Source of the DNA: Eledone cirrhosa
Lineage: Eukaryota
Length of the DNA: 64,000 nt
Assembly (NCBI GenBank): GCA_964016885.1
Contig: OZ024742.1
Coordinates: forward strand, 234,112,001 to 234,176,000
Reading direction: 5' to 3'
Below, piece by piece: positions 49,556 to 61,737 of the stretch. How positions within the stretch are numbered: the first letter of the stretch is position 1; each line of letters opens with the position of its first letter. Under the pieces are notes generated by a model. The model had not been told where the DNA came from. It searched no databases and worked only from the letters and a program-made list of their open reading frames with translations. Made by a program: the position numbers and the translations under genes.

Positions 49556-51770
49556 AATTTAAACACAGAGCCAAGAGATATAAACAAAAAAAAAATTAAA
49601 GACACTATAATAAATTATGTAAAAATAAATATATAAATATTTTCTGATTTTTTTTCTGTTTAAAAAATGAATCCAAAATTAATGTACAATTAAAATTGCA
49701 TGAAATCATGTTGGATACCACCAATACAGCTACATGTGTGTTTATGAATGTTTATAGATATTCATTAATTTTTCTGTTCCAGCTTGTCATTTATTTAGTT
49801 TTTTATTCAAGTTAACCTACTTTGATGCACTTAATTTTATTTTGTTTATTTATTTTTCATAAATATAATTGTCCTACTCCCAAATATTCTGTCTATGACT
49901 AGATGAAGAAATTCTTATTGTTATAAATATTTCATCATAAAATAACGCAACTGAAGTAAATGCCATATTTGATTTGATGTTTCTTAAATGTTGCTGGTAA
50001 TCTCATAATCTTTCAACTTAAAAACATCATCTAGTCCAATCTTTTTAATGTTAACAATATTTGGTAAAATTGTTATCTGGATCTTGATATTATTATTATT
50101 TTTTAATTATTTGTTTTTAGTTTTTATTATTATTGTTTTTTTTGGTGGGGGTGGGGGTGGGGGTTGCAATCTGTATATTCTATGTTATATATTTCTTCAA
50201 ATGTCTACATACAGTATATTGTTAGAAATTATGCATGTTGGAATTTGAATGAATTTCCCATATTTATTAACCAAATTTAATTATTACTAGCAGGCAGTTA
50301 AAACTAAATTAGTTTAATTTTTTTAAACTAAATTTAAATTTGATATTTACCAATATGCCAAGTAGTTTTCTAATGAATCTGTTTGAATGCTATTAACAGT
50401 GTCATTGAAATTATTGAAAAGCTTTATGTTCATGGTATTGGTATAGGCAAAGTACTTAAACATCTATAAAATGTTATATTTCATTTCCGTCTCACACATT
50501 TCACACCTTAATCTGATTTGTTGATAAATATTAAAATTTTCTCGTTATTTATCTGTATATATTTTTTCGTATCTTTTTCAATTTCCAAGGTTAACAAATG
50601 TATCTATATGACCTTTTGAGTCAGGTGTCAAATTACCACATGCATTTACCAAAACATTTGACATTAACATGGCATTAGTGTCCAGGTAGTAATTTTAATT
50701 AACATTACAGTTTAGTTCTCCCAGTTATAAAATTTTAGTTAAACAGAAATAGATTTCTATTTTTTAAATAGTTACTATAAGAAATGGCTCGAATCCTTTC
50801 AGTTGAGCTTTTTATAGTCACTAGTTTTTTCATAAGTATATGTGGAGTGATAGTTGATGTCCGTTCTTTTTTAAATGAATTGTTATTTTGGACTGATATT
50901 TAAAATAAATCATAAACATTTGTGTTTATTTCAGGGTTGACATATTAGCAAATAAAATTTAAAAAGAACTACCTCAAAACCTTTACCCGATGTTATCGGC
51001 CACATATGTCAATTTTTCAAAATGCAATAGAGTATCATAATGTTCAAAATATTTAGATACCAAATCATCAACATGTTAATTGAATGAGTGGTCATTTCAT
51101 GATGATATTGTAGAAAACATGTATTTCCTTCACAAATCTGTTGATAGTTTTAATATACTACTGTTTTAAAATACACTCTCTTTGTGAAAATAATTTGGAA
51201 AAATATCTCAACAGCTTTTGAGCAGTCCAAATTTGATACAAGATGTAAATATATGTTAGGAACTGATAATTGTTAATTTATATGCATGGAGTGCTAACGT
51301 TGGTGCAAAACGTTAAGAAGCTGGATTGAGTGCTTTTCAGCATATAGTTTAGTGTTCCGCATATCTTTTCATTTCATTTTTTTCATATTCTATAAAATAA
51401 ATATCAGTTATGTACTGGAGTTAAGTCAATTAATGCCATCATTACCATTACTATCTTACAGTAATCTATATTTTCATTGAAACATTCTTTTAAATATAAA
51501 GAAAAAAACGAAAAGTGGATAAAAAATGAATGATATTAAAATGAAATTGTAGCTGAATCAACAGTTAAGTTTGAATTGTTAAATTGTAAACAAGCTGTAA
51601 AGTATCTGTATAGTAAATGGCAAGTTTAGGTTATAAAGGTTGCTAATCTTAAATGAAATAACTTTAGAATATACTTCTGTTAAATATATCAGTATTTTAA
51701 TGAAGCTTTAACTGTCCACTAGCAATAGTATTTGACTTTTTTTTTTTTTTTTGTGATGTTTTATGAATAA
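49556..51770 (+). other. Probable long AU-rich 3' UTR of the egh-like gene
   Basis: TE-poor AT-rich stretch with AATAAA at about 50904, 50952, 51396 and 51766; true end unknown. Confidence 0.4.
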
Positions 51771-53079
51771 AATCTCTCCATGAATAGGTTTACATGTTGA
51801 TTGCAGTAAAATTTGCTTGTGGACATACGAGTGTTAGAAAAAGCTATTTGGACTTATTCAACTATTGAGAGTTAAGTGTCTTGACTACAGATACAAATGA
51901 AATACCAGTGATAGAATATGAACCATTGAATTCTGAGTACATTGTCTAGTGACCTAGACTTCGACATGTGCTTTCAAAAGAACATAGATTATTTATTTAT
52001 TTATTTATACAGTGATACATTTTTTTAATTTATATATACATGTAAATGTTCATTTGTTTCTTATTAGCGGAAAGATTTTTTAACATTATGATACTTTATT
52101 TGGTCATTTTGGAATTTGTCTATATCATATATTTGTATTAATTAGGAAATAAGATACTTTTTTAAGAAACATTTACAAAGATGTTACTATTTATCTCTTT
52201 CTCACACATTTCATGAAATCTGTTGCAAGTAAAGACACTCTTAAAAATGAGCATCATTCTTAAATTTAAAGAAAAAACTCATTGAATTAGTGGGATTTCC
52301 TGAGGCCTTGATTGTAGTTAATGCATTTCATAACATATTATCTTATAACCACTGCCACAAAACTGTGCAATAAGCTCATTTATACAGAAGCAATGATACA
52401 AAAATCTAATTATGCTTTGATAGCTTATTTTTAATTGCCTAAAGTTAAATGGTTCAATAACAATAGTAGTAACATCGTTTTGCTGTTATTCAGTGAAAAA
52501 TTAGTTATTTTGAATATTTCAAGTACCTAGGATCATTTGCATGAGTAAGAATTTAATTAATTAAATTTTAGGAAAAGATACTATTTTGATTAGAGATAAT
52601 ATTATATAATGAGTCAGCACAAAACATTAGTCTAGTTTTATATCATAATTATTACACAGTGAATTATAATCATTATACTTTTAGCACCTCATTTAATTCT
52701 ATTTGAAAGCAGTTACACTTCACTCTCTCTCACACACATACCAGCATATCGTGTTGATTGTTCTTGAAATCAATTCACACTGTGCTGAAAATCATGTTTT
52801 GCTTACATGCAAATTATTTGAGTAGTTTGAAAATCCACTAGCATTTTATTTGAATTGATCATCTCATGAGTATAATTTCCCCCTTCCCTATAACTCAGTA
52901 ACTTATTGGCTTCATTTCATGTCCGCATTTTGTAAATTTTGCTTGTCACTTCTCAAAAAAAACCATCTTCAATTTTTTCTTCAAATGTACTTCCAAATTA
53001 TCTCCCTCTATTTGCATTTCTCTCCTTTGTCATACTTGTCAGGGCTTGAAGTTTTATTTTTACCTTAATCAAATACTCA

Positions 53080-53375
53080 TTATTATTGGTTTCTAGTTTA
53101 GACACAAGGTTATCGATTTTGGGAAGCGAGTGAAGTCGATTATATTTATCCTAGTACTTGACTGGAACTTTTGTTATCGACTCCAGAAGGATGAAAGACA
53201 AAGTTGACCTTGGTGGGATTTCACCTTAGAACAAAAAGAGCTCAAATCTCACTGCAGTCTACTTTGCCTTTCATCTTTCCAGCGTTGATAAAATAAACTA
53301 CGAATCAAATACTGAGGGTGATATAATTGACTTTTCCTTCTCTAACTTGCTGGCCTTGTGCTTAAATTAGATTTT
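53080..53375. mobile_element. Two old SINE A copies in inverted (head-to-head) arrangement
   Basis: Minus copy about 53080-53232 and plus copy about 53238-53375. Confidence 0.75.
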
Positions 53376-54789
53376 TTTTTTTTATTTTATTTATTTATTT
53401 TTTTTTTTTTTATTATCTTCTGAAGAATATACATATACAATACTTCGTATATTTTAGAAATTAGGTTTTGTTTACTGCTGTGATTTCTGTTTTTCATTAA
53501 AAAGTATATGGATGATATATTCCTTATTAAGAATTTAGTACTTTTTATAATTAACAAACTTATCATTACTAATAGATGTCCATGATTTTGTTGGCCGTTT
53601 ATTTAGACAATCTTAAATTTGTTTTACCAATGCAAGGTTTTTTTGTTGTTGTTTTTTTTTAAGACCATGATTCTGCTTGATTATGACTCAAACTTGCCAG
53701 TGAAAAAAGTGAAACTATTCTGTCAGATATTGTGATACATTCCCATTTTGTCAGTCATTTGTTAACATTGAATTCATTGACAAGAAAACATTTTTATAGA
53801 TTGTATATGTTGAATTTTCTTCAGTCAAATAATAAAAATGATTTCCTGCAATTTTGTAAAAATCTCTGAAGTTATTATTATTACTATTGTTGTTGTTGTT
53901 CAAAGGTCAATAGATAATAGTTTTGAGTTCAAGCCAAGCTTGAGCAAGTACCTTCTAGTTAGCCTTAGGCTAACATTTTTGAGTGTCAGAAACTGTGCTG
54001 AAGCCCATCAGAAGGACCATTCATATTTTGGGGTAGTAGACACTCTGTGACTCAGTTTAACGCAAACTTCTCGCAGAATTCAGTCTGATGCAGGCATCCA
54101 ATTTAGGCTGTTGAACTGCAGACCCCTAACACCTACCAGTCTCAGAAGTCCTGAAAAAGGACTTTCTTCACTAAGTCTTTGAAAAAAGAATTTACATTCT
54201 CAGTTCAAATGTTGCCATAGTTGATTTACCCTCTCATCCTTCTGGGACCAATAAAATAAATATCCATCAAGTACTTTGTAGTATTGTAAAGATTTTACTT
54301 TTAATATTTTTAGTTAAATATTTATTGCTGAATCCAAATTAAAATTAATTCTTTAATTTTCAGATTTTAAAATAAACAAGTATACAATTTTATGATCATA
54401 ATATAAATATGTTTGGGTAGTTTAAAGAAACTGCTTTCAGGTGTTATCAAAATAACTGGAGCACATTGGTAGAAATAGTAATGTGGCCAAATAATATTTT
54501 ATACAATTTAGTAAGTTCAAATCTCACTTGGACTTTCATCTCTGAGCTTTATTAAATATATACCAGTAATAAAGGGGTTTGATGTTGTCTTTTCAAATCA
54601 CATCAAATGCTATTGTGTGATAAGCTTGTATGCAACTCGATTCTAGTACCAGTTTTCATTACATTCCTCAATAAATTAAATATATTTAACCAAAATAAGT
54701 AAACTACATAAGTAGTTTACTTAAAAAGCAATGAGTCTGTATCTTTTTACAGTAATCTTTCAAACTTGAGAACTTTGGTGATAGCATTG

Positions 54790-55110
54790 ATACTACAATA
54801 ACAAAACACCTAGTCCACCCTGTAAAGTGAGTGCTAGTACCACGACGCAAAGTACTGTTTATCCTGTAAGGTGGTTGTACTGGTGCCACAACAAAAAGCA
54901 CCCAGTCTACTCTATGGTTGTAGTGTTGATGCCATGAAATATGCTCCCAGTCTACAGTATAAAGTGGTTGGTGATAGGAAGGGCATCCAACTGTAGAAAC
55001 CAAGCCAAAAACGTTCGAGCAGGATATGATCACCTGACCTCTCTGGCCTCAGAACATGACAGCCTATCTAATCAATGCAAGCATGGAAAATAGGCATAAA
55101 GCAATGATGA
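54790..55110 (+). mobile_element. RTE 3' UTR fragment with several subrepeats
   Basis: Repeated AAAGCACCCAGT..CTGTAAAGTG units, AGGAAGGGCATCCAACTGTAGAAA, (GAT)n tail. Confidence 0.8.
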
Positions 55111-55399
55111 TCATTATGATTCACCATGTCTGACATGAGAGCCTCCTTGCTAAGTTGCCCACTTATAGGCTTCATTTGACTATCATCTCTGAAATCAGGA
55201 GTTTCTTCAATGCATGTGTTAAGAATTTCTCCAACTTACATTCTCATCAATACTCTTAATTCAAAACCATACATCATGCAGATGATAACAGCCTTCAAGA
55301 TTTGCATGAGATCTCAAACAGTGATGTGACAGCCTAGTCTCATTTTTCTCATAAGTACCAAGATACAGTAACTGAACTATCTTGGCTGACTGACAATGG

Positions 55400-55845
55400 G
55401 TAGATGGGAAGGGACGATGACAAATATGGTGGAATTTAAGGGGAGATTTGGCAGGGTGATATAAGAGGGAATGTATGATGGTAACTTTGGAGAGTGTGGT
55501 TGGAGCTGATGTTGAGAACATGAGAAAGGAGCAATGGTGAAAATAGTTACTATGGATTGATGTTAGAGGCAGTTGGGTGGGTGGTGAAGGAGGATGACAA
55601 GTATGATGGGATTTAAAGGGGTTATGTGAAAAAATGTCATGGGTGTATGACAATTGTGGTGGGATTTGGCAGGGTAATGAAAGGAAATGTTAGGGGGTGA
55701 CCTCAGATAGAGTGGTGGGAGTACAATGATGACAAGAACAGATAATAGGAGGCTATGATTGGTATAGTGGGATTTAACGGGGTGATAAGAGCAGTGAAGG
55801 TCATCCTGGATAGAATGGCAGAAGTACAGTGATGGTGGGAAAGGT
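55400..55845. repeat. Degenerate purine-rich tandem repeat
   Basis: Recurring GTGGGATTT(GGC/AA)AGGGT..GATAGA.TGG..AGTACA.TGATG units. Confidence 0.55.
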
Positions 55846-56942
55846 TTGAATATATATAATCATTATCATCTTCAGTATCAGTAATCAGAAGAAACTCACT
55901 GTCTTCAATTGTTGAACTAGCCAGTCTAGGATATTCTAGAGATATCTTAAGTGCTGATCTCTCCTCAGAGTAATATCAATAGCCACACTAAGTTTAAAAT
56001 GTGATCATCTGCCTTCAACGAATCCCATTGAAACATCATTCTTACTTACTATTTAATCCTACCTTGGTTACCTCCAAATATATAAAATTTAACAAGGGAA
56101 TCTCCCCACTGCTGCTTGACTTGCTAGAAATAATAACCAAATCTCCCTCAAATCAAGCTTTTAAGACCCTAAAAATAGAAACGACACAATGGATAGAGTA
56201 GTCCAGGATATACAAAATAATAGAATGATCAAGTCTGGTCTGTTAATTCAGGGTTGACTGGGGGGTTATATATATATATATTTACATATACATATACATA
56301 TATAAGTAGGCTGGATAACAATACAGACATGGCATTCCCCAGAATGCCACACACAATTCCACAAGGCTAAATAAATAGTGCAAAGCAATAAGTACAGCAT
56401 GTTCTATAAACAGACAAAATTTAAAACAATTGATTGGCTTACCATTGATTAAATGTTCTGACAAAGTAAGGTCTGTCTCAATAGAGTTCCCAGAACTGTT
56501 CAAATAAGAACACTTGAACTAACTGGAAAACTGATGGGGATTCAGTGTTGTATAATACTGAGACAAAATCTAAGCGTACAAGAAAAAATACTGTAACATA
56601 GAATTGATTGTAGTAAACTGTAATGGTTGGTTAGAGTTTCTTGGTATAAACTTGTCTAAATATTGTATAATAATATTGGTTTAGCACAAATTTGTGAATT
56701 TTAACACAAGTGAGAAATAAGATATTTTGCATTAACCAAACTGCTCTTAAACATTAATCAAACTCTTTTCTAATAACATTAGTTTTCCAGCTTTTTGTAT
56801 TCTGAGTTCAAACCTTTTGGTGTTAATCACCTCATCCAGCCTGCATTGAACCAGTTATGACATGCTGTGGATCAAAAACAGCTGAATGGAATGGAAAATC
56901 CTTCTATATAGGTGGCTAGATAACTGGTTTCTTCAAAATTAA

Positions 56943-57170
56943 CCTTTTTGATACCAAACCACCCCTGATTCTAAGAAAAGACCGTTTATATTTATCTACA
57001 TACTTTTCATCATACTTTTATGTAAGAACCTTTAAGTTATACTTCAAACACCAACTTAATAGTAAGAAAGTTAGTTATGTTACTAAATTCCCTCCAAATC
57101 CTTGGTTATTTTCAAAATTATTTGAAAATCATAGACAGTGTCTTTCATTAGAAATATGGTAATGAAAGGG
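56943..57170 (+). mobile_element. P2 piggyBac-type MITE
   Basis: TTAA-CCTTTTTGATACCAAACC ... TGAAAGGG-TTAA. Confidence 0.8.
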
Positions 57171-57911
57171 TTAAGGGAACTTAGTGAAGGAGCATTTGTT
57201 ATCAATGCAATATGAACAATATTTTGTGTCGGGTCTAACTGGATTATTTGTCTGGACAATAGTTTTGCAGATACACTGTCATACATGCCAACTGGAATGA
57301 CTTGAGATAATGTATGTCTACAAGTAAAATAGTCTTCTCTATAGACATAAGAATGTGTGCAAGAGTTAAAAGCTCTCCATTTTAGAATTTCCTCCTTGTG
57401 CCACATTTATATATGAAATTTCTGTGTAAATATAAAAATTAAATCTTGTTAAAGATAACTCTTCAGACAGCCATTAAAACATGTTTACTTCATTTCTCTC
57501 CAGTCTTTTTGTTTCCTCTGCATTTTCTACCCATGTTCCACTTCCATGCAACACTATACTTTGCAGGCAGGCATCATACAGTTAGGTTTTATTCATAGAG
57601 AGAAACTGAGCAATATTAAAGTCATAAAATTGTCAAAATTGGTGTTTCCAAAATGTCTAGGAAATAGATGTTTCTGTGAGGAATTGATCTTTCATTAATA
57701 TTTACTTATTTAATCTTAATTGCTTGTTCTGCATAAAACACAACAGCCCAGAGGAAATTTTCAGCCAGGATCCCCATGCAACTAACTCGGTCCAGGAGGA
57801 GGAGGAATGTTGAAGATCAGAAAATAGTTTGAAAATGAAGAGTGCTTCTAGCAGTCACACATACAAAAATCCTAGATTGCATCCAAAAGATCCATCTAAC
57901 AGATAAATAGA

Positions 57912-58120
57912 CATCCAGAGTCGATAGGAAGAGACCAGATGGTCTTACCATTTGTCCTTGGGTAAGAGGTAAATGTCTCATTTGGGATGCCACAGTCTGT
58001 GACTTTTTTGCTCCTTCCCACAACCTGGATGCTGTGGTAAAAGTGAGGATCACTGCTTCCATAGCCTAACAAAATAAAATTCTAAAATACCAGAAATTAT
58101 TGACAAACTATTTTTTCCAG
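57912..58120 (+). mobile_element. CRE-like RLE fragment
   Basis: [39 protein letters not shown]. Confidence 0.85.
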
Positions 58121-61090
58121 GACTTGTGTGCTGCAGCATTGATCTTGATAGCCTTACGTAACTGCCTCAGCAAGTTGGCATAGTACTCTCCACTGATCAG
58201 AAACCTTTGTCATGCTGAGTTCATTGTGCAGAATATTCCCAACTCTCTCATGCACTGTTGATAAAGCTGGAGCGTCATCTCATAATGTAGCAACTGTGGT
58301 TAGAAAAAGCTATCTCACTTACCGCTTTTCACAGGCGCCGCTAGATCCCATGGCTGGTTTCTCCTCTTCCACGTGCGTACAATCCAACTCGTTAAAACCG
58401 GGAGCTGCAAAACTCGCGACCACCATGTTCCTGATCACCGCTAGAAAGGGGCTGACCTGCTGGCCCTTCCGGTCGAGCACCCTTCTGGCCAAGCACCCTT
58501 CCGGTCAAGCACTCTTCCAGTCAAGCACTCCCCAGCTTCCGGCCACCGCACACCACACCATACCCACATGCCCCCCCCCCCCCCCCTGATCTCAAGGATC
58601 AATTTCCCCCTTGTCCTGCTGCATATGAAAGTCTGCTGTCCAGGTTGGTGGTTTGCGACTTCTTTGCGATCTCCGCAGTGTTGGGGCGGCACTTTGGGTT
58701 TCCTCTTCCTCGGAGTCCGTTGACACAGTGATTCTACGGACATCCAGGACATGACATGGTACTCCATCCACAGACACATTGTTCTGGGAATTTACGGCCG
58801 TCACCGTTCCCCTTCCCCATTGAGATGTGCAACGTGCATCTGGGGGCTTAACCCAGAGTTCTTCGCCCACCTGCACAAATGTATTCTCTCTCCCCACTGG
58901 CCGTTGTGGTGGCGTGCACGGGTGCCGCCACTCGTATCTGAATACTGCTCTGTGTGGCACCGATTCCTCAACCTGTCCCACCCGAGGGGACATGTTGTAC
59001 CAGAACACTGCCTCCATTGGTGAGATGTGACCCCCGCTCCGCCATTGCTTTGATCGTCCAGTGGTATCCGCTCGGCCTGTATGCTGCTCTGAAGAAACGG
59101 TCCACCTTCCATCCATCGAGCATCTCTCTCAGCGCCTCCGAGCGGAACGCTGCGCTGTTGTCCACAGGGCCCCACTCCAAGAACACCTCTCTCAAAGTCA
59201 GCATGATTTCCTTGTCCGTTCCAGTCTTCATCTCCCTCCATATCGCCATCCGTCCTGGTCCACAGTCGACCATCAAGAGGTACGTTCCCTGTCGGTAGTG
59301 TGTTACATCCACCGCCAATCGCTTCCAGTCATGATCCACCGGAAGGCTTCCCATTTTGTGCACACCCGGGGCGGGATCAATGGACTGACATCGGATGCAG
59401 CCTCTAACCACTCTTTGAACACTGTGTCTGTTAACGTCCGAGTCGATTCTCCTGGCTAGGAACAGAGTCCTATCCACTCCCATGTGGTGCATGTCATGCA
59501 ACCCTTTCAGATCCGACTCGGTCAGTCGACACACGGCAGCTATCTCCTCTTCTACCTCCTCCGGCGCTTCCATCCAGGCTTTCTTCCCCCTGGTTAAGAC
59601 GTCCACCCTATTTTTCTCTGAGGGCACGAAAACTACGCTCAGCCTCAGGTCGAACTCGGTGGCCAGCTCTCCTAAAGTTCCCAGGCGGCGCTTTATCAGC
59701 ATCTCCGCCGCCCCTCTCGTTCACACTCTATTCTCACTGGTAAGCACTGATCTCACCCATCCGAGTACACTAGCCGAGTCAGTGCGTATCTCGATGGTGC
59801 GCAGTCCCCACCTCAGGGCGAGGTTCACCCCTCTCAACACCGCGTCCAGTTCGGCCACATTGATGTGGTTGCAGTCATCCTTCTTCCTAAGCCAGGCTGC
59901 ATCCAGCGCTATGTTGCTGGCATCGCACCATACGGTCCCGCTCTGCAATTTGGGAACATACCAGCGTCCGCGCACTGGGTCATTAGCCTTCACCCTCTCC
60001 ACGATCTCCTGCATCATGGCCACCATCCTCTCTCCCACTCTGTCACTCGAAGTCACCCCTCCCGCTCGTCTCTTGACATAGCTGCATGCCGTCCAGAGCC
60101 ACCCAGCAATCGGGTAGTGACCCACCAACTTTCCACACACCGAGAAAAGCTCCTTCCTACTCATACTTGGGCCCAGTTCTGGAACTTCATTTCCCCTCTG
60201 GAATACTAAGACGCCCGTCCTGTCTCGCTGTAGCCTAAGTCCCAGCGCGACTCCTCCCTCCAACGCTTCTGACGGCTTCGCAGCGAGTCCATACCCCTGT
60301 AAATAGCTCATGACCTCCGCCGCCGACACTACAGACTCGTCCACTAGGATCTCGTCAATGTAGGAATTAGTGGCCCTCTTCATCTTGTCAGCCTTTCCCA
60401 GAATGGTCTTGAGGACCGCCGTCATGATCTTCGGTGCGGAGCTCAGTCCGAAACCGAGCCTGGTCAGGCAATATGTCCGGCCCTTATACCTGACCAGCTG
60501 ATACTGCCAGAGCTTCTCATCTATATGCAATTGCAAGTATGCCGAATTTAGATCTACGATTGCGGAACCCCCCGTCATGCGTCTCCACTCACGCAGGGTT
60601 TCCCCACAGACATCCGTGACCTCACCATCCGTGTGGCATGACACGTGCGCGTTCAGCTCCCGAAAGTCCAGTACCGGCCTCAAAACCGGGAGCTGCAAAA
60701 CTCGCGTCCACCACGTTCCTGATCACCGCTAGAAAGGGGCCGACTTGCTGGCCCTTCCGGCCAAGCACTCTTCCGGTCGAGCCTCTCCCCAGCTTCCGGC
60801 CACCGCACACCACACCATACCCACAGCAACCATGTCAGCATGAGTGTCCTGGGGGGCTAAACTTTTTTTCTGCAGGTACTTGATAACACCATGATGCCAA
60901 ATTTTGTCTATTTTCAAGAGAAGTCACTACTAGTTACTTTTGAAGTCTTCTTTGAACAGTCAGATGTTAGTTTACCCGGAAATTAACCATGCAGTTAATA
61001 ATTAGAGTTGAAATTAATGCCTGCAAAAATTTCACAGCTCTAGCATCATCTCCTCATAGTCAGTCTATGAACTTTTCAGCCCATCTTAAA
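58121..61090 (-). mobile_element. Deleted mariner split by the Gypsy insertion (pieces 60826-61090 and 58121-58294)
   Basis: KIWHHGVIKYLQKKSLAPQDTHADMVA continues across the insertion as TL*DDAPALSTV..HERVGNILHNELSMTKVS..GEYYANLLRQLRKAIK. Confidence 0.85.
58295..60825 (-). mobile_element. Ty3/Gypsy LTR retrotransposon, internally deleted (RT-RH-INT, full 3' LTR 58295-58568, partial 5' LTR about 60682-60825)
   Basis: TG..CA ends, TSD GCAAC (58290-58294 and 60826-60830), G-rich PPT 58569-58588, ORFs 59721..60698, 58968..59702, 58592..59116; same family as 1-2580. Confidence 0.97.
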
Positions 61091-61140
61091 ATACATATTA
61101 TGAACTTAAATGGATACCACGGTAAATGTGGGGGGGGGGG

Positions 61141-61640
61141 GGGTCACTGCTTCTGTTGCCGAACGGAATAAAATTCGGAAATACTTGGATTTATCTAATA
61201 ATTATGTTTTTCCAGTCTGTGGCGTTTGAGACGTTTGGTGGAGTTGGACAGCTGACAGCGAAGTTCTTGTCATCATTGGTGACTCGTCTTACTGAGGTGT
61301 GAGGGTACGAGACGTTTGGTGGAGTTGGACAGCTGACAGCGAAGTTCTTGTCATCATTGGCGACTCGTCTTACTGAGGTGTCAGGTGATGCCCGTGAGGG
61401 TGCCTGGTTATTTCAGCTGGTAATGCTGCGAGCTTGTTGGCTTGCCTCAAACTGTATAGTTAACAGCTAAGGTGTGAAGTGCGGCTGATTGTCGCACTTG
61501 GTGGTGAATTGCCCCCTCCACTCCTTTTTTTTCTTTTCTTTATTGTTCAATGAATTAATAAAGAAAGCATTATTGTTCAATGAATTATATTATTGTATTT
61601 TTGTACAACTATGAATAAAATTATTATTATTTCTTAAAAA
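61141..61640 (+). mobile_element. CRE-like 3' fragment with 73-bp internal duplication and 3' UTR
   Basis: VTASVAERNKIRKY..FQSVAFETFGGVG..REGAWLFQ; 61228-61300 repeated at 61309-61381 with one mismatch. Confidence 0.85.
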
Positions 61641-61644
61641 AAGG

Positions 61645-61737
61645 GTAAATTCCAAGGCGAAAGTAAAAGTCTTGTCGGGAGTTATAGCAGAAGGGAGTTA
61701 ACTTGTGTTAACTAACTTTATTCAGTTGGAGGTGAGT
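61645..61737 (+). promoter_or_regulatory. Candidate first exon and splice donor of a downstream gene
   Basis: GAG|GTGAGT at 61731/61732 at the start of a CpG-retaining stretch. Confidence 0.3.

Noticed and set aside
57912-61450. A single CRE element split by the mariner/Gypsy
   Set aside because: The two fragments overlap in coding position (both contain the NKI.KY..NY.FQ segment) and differ in sequence, so they are separate copies
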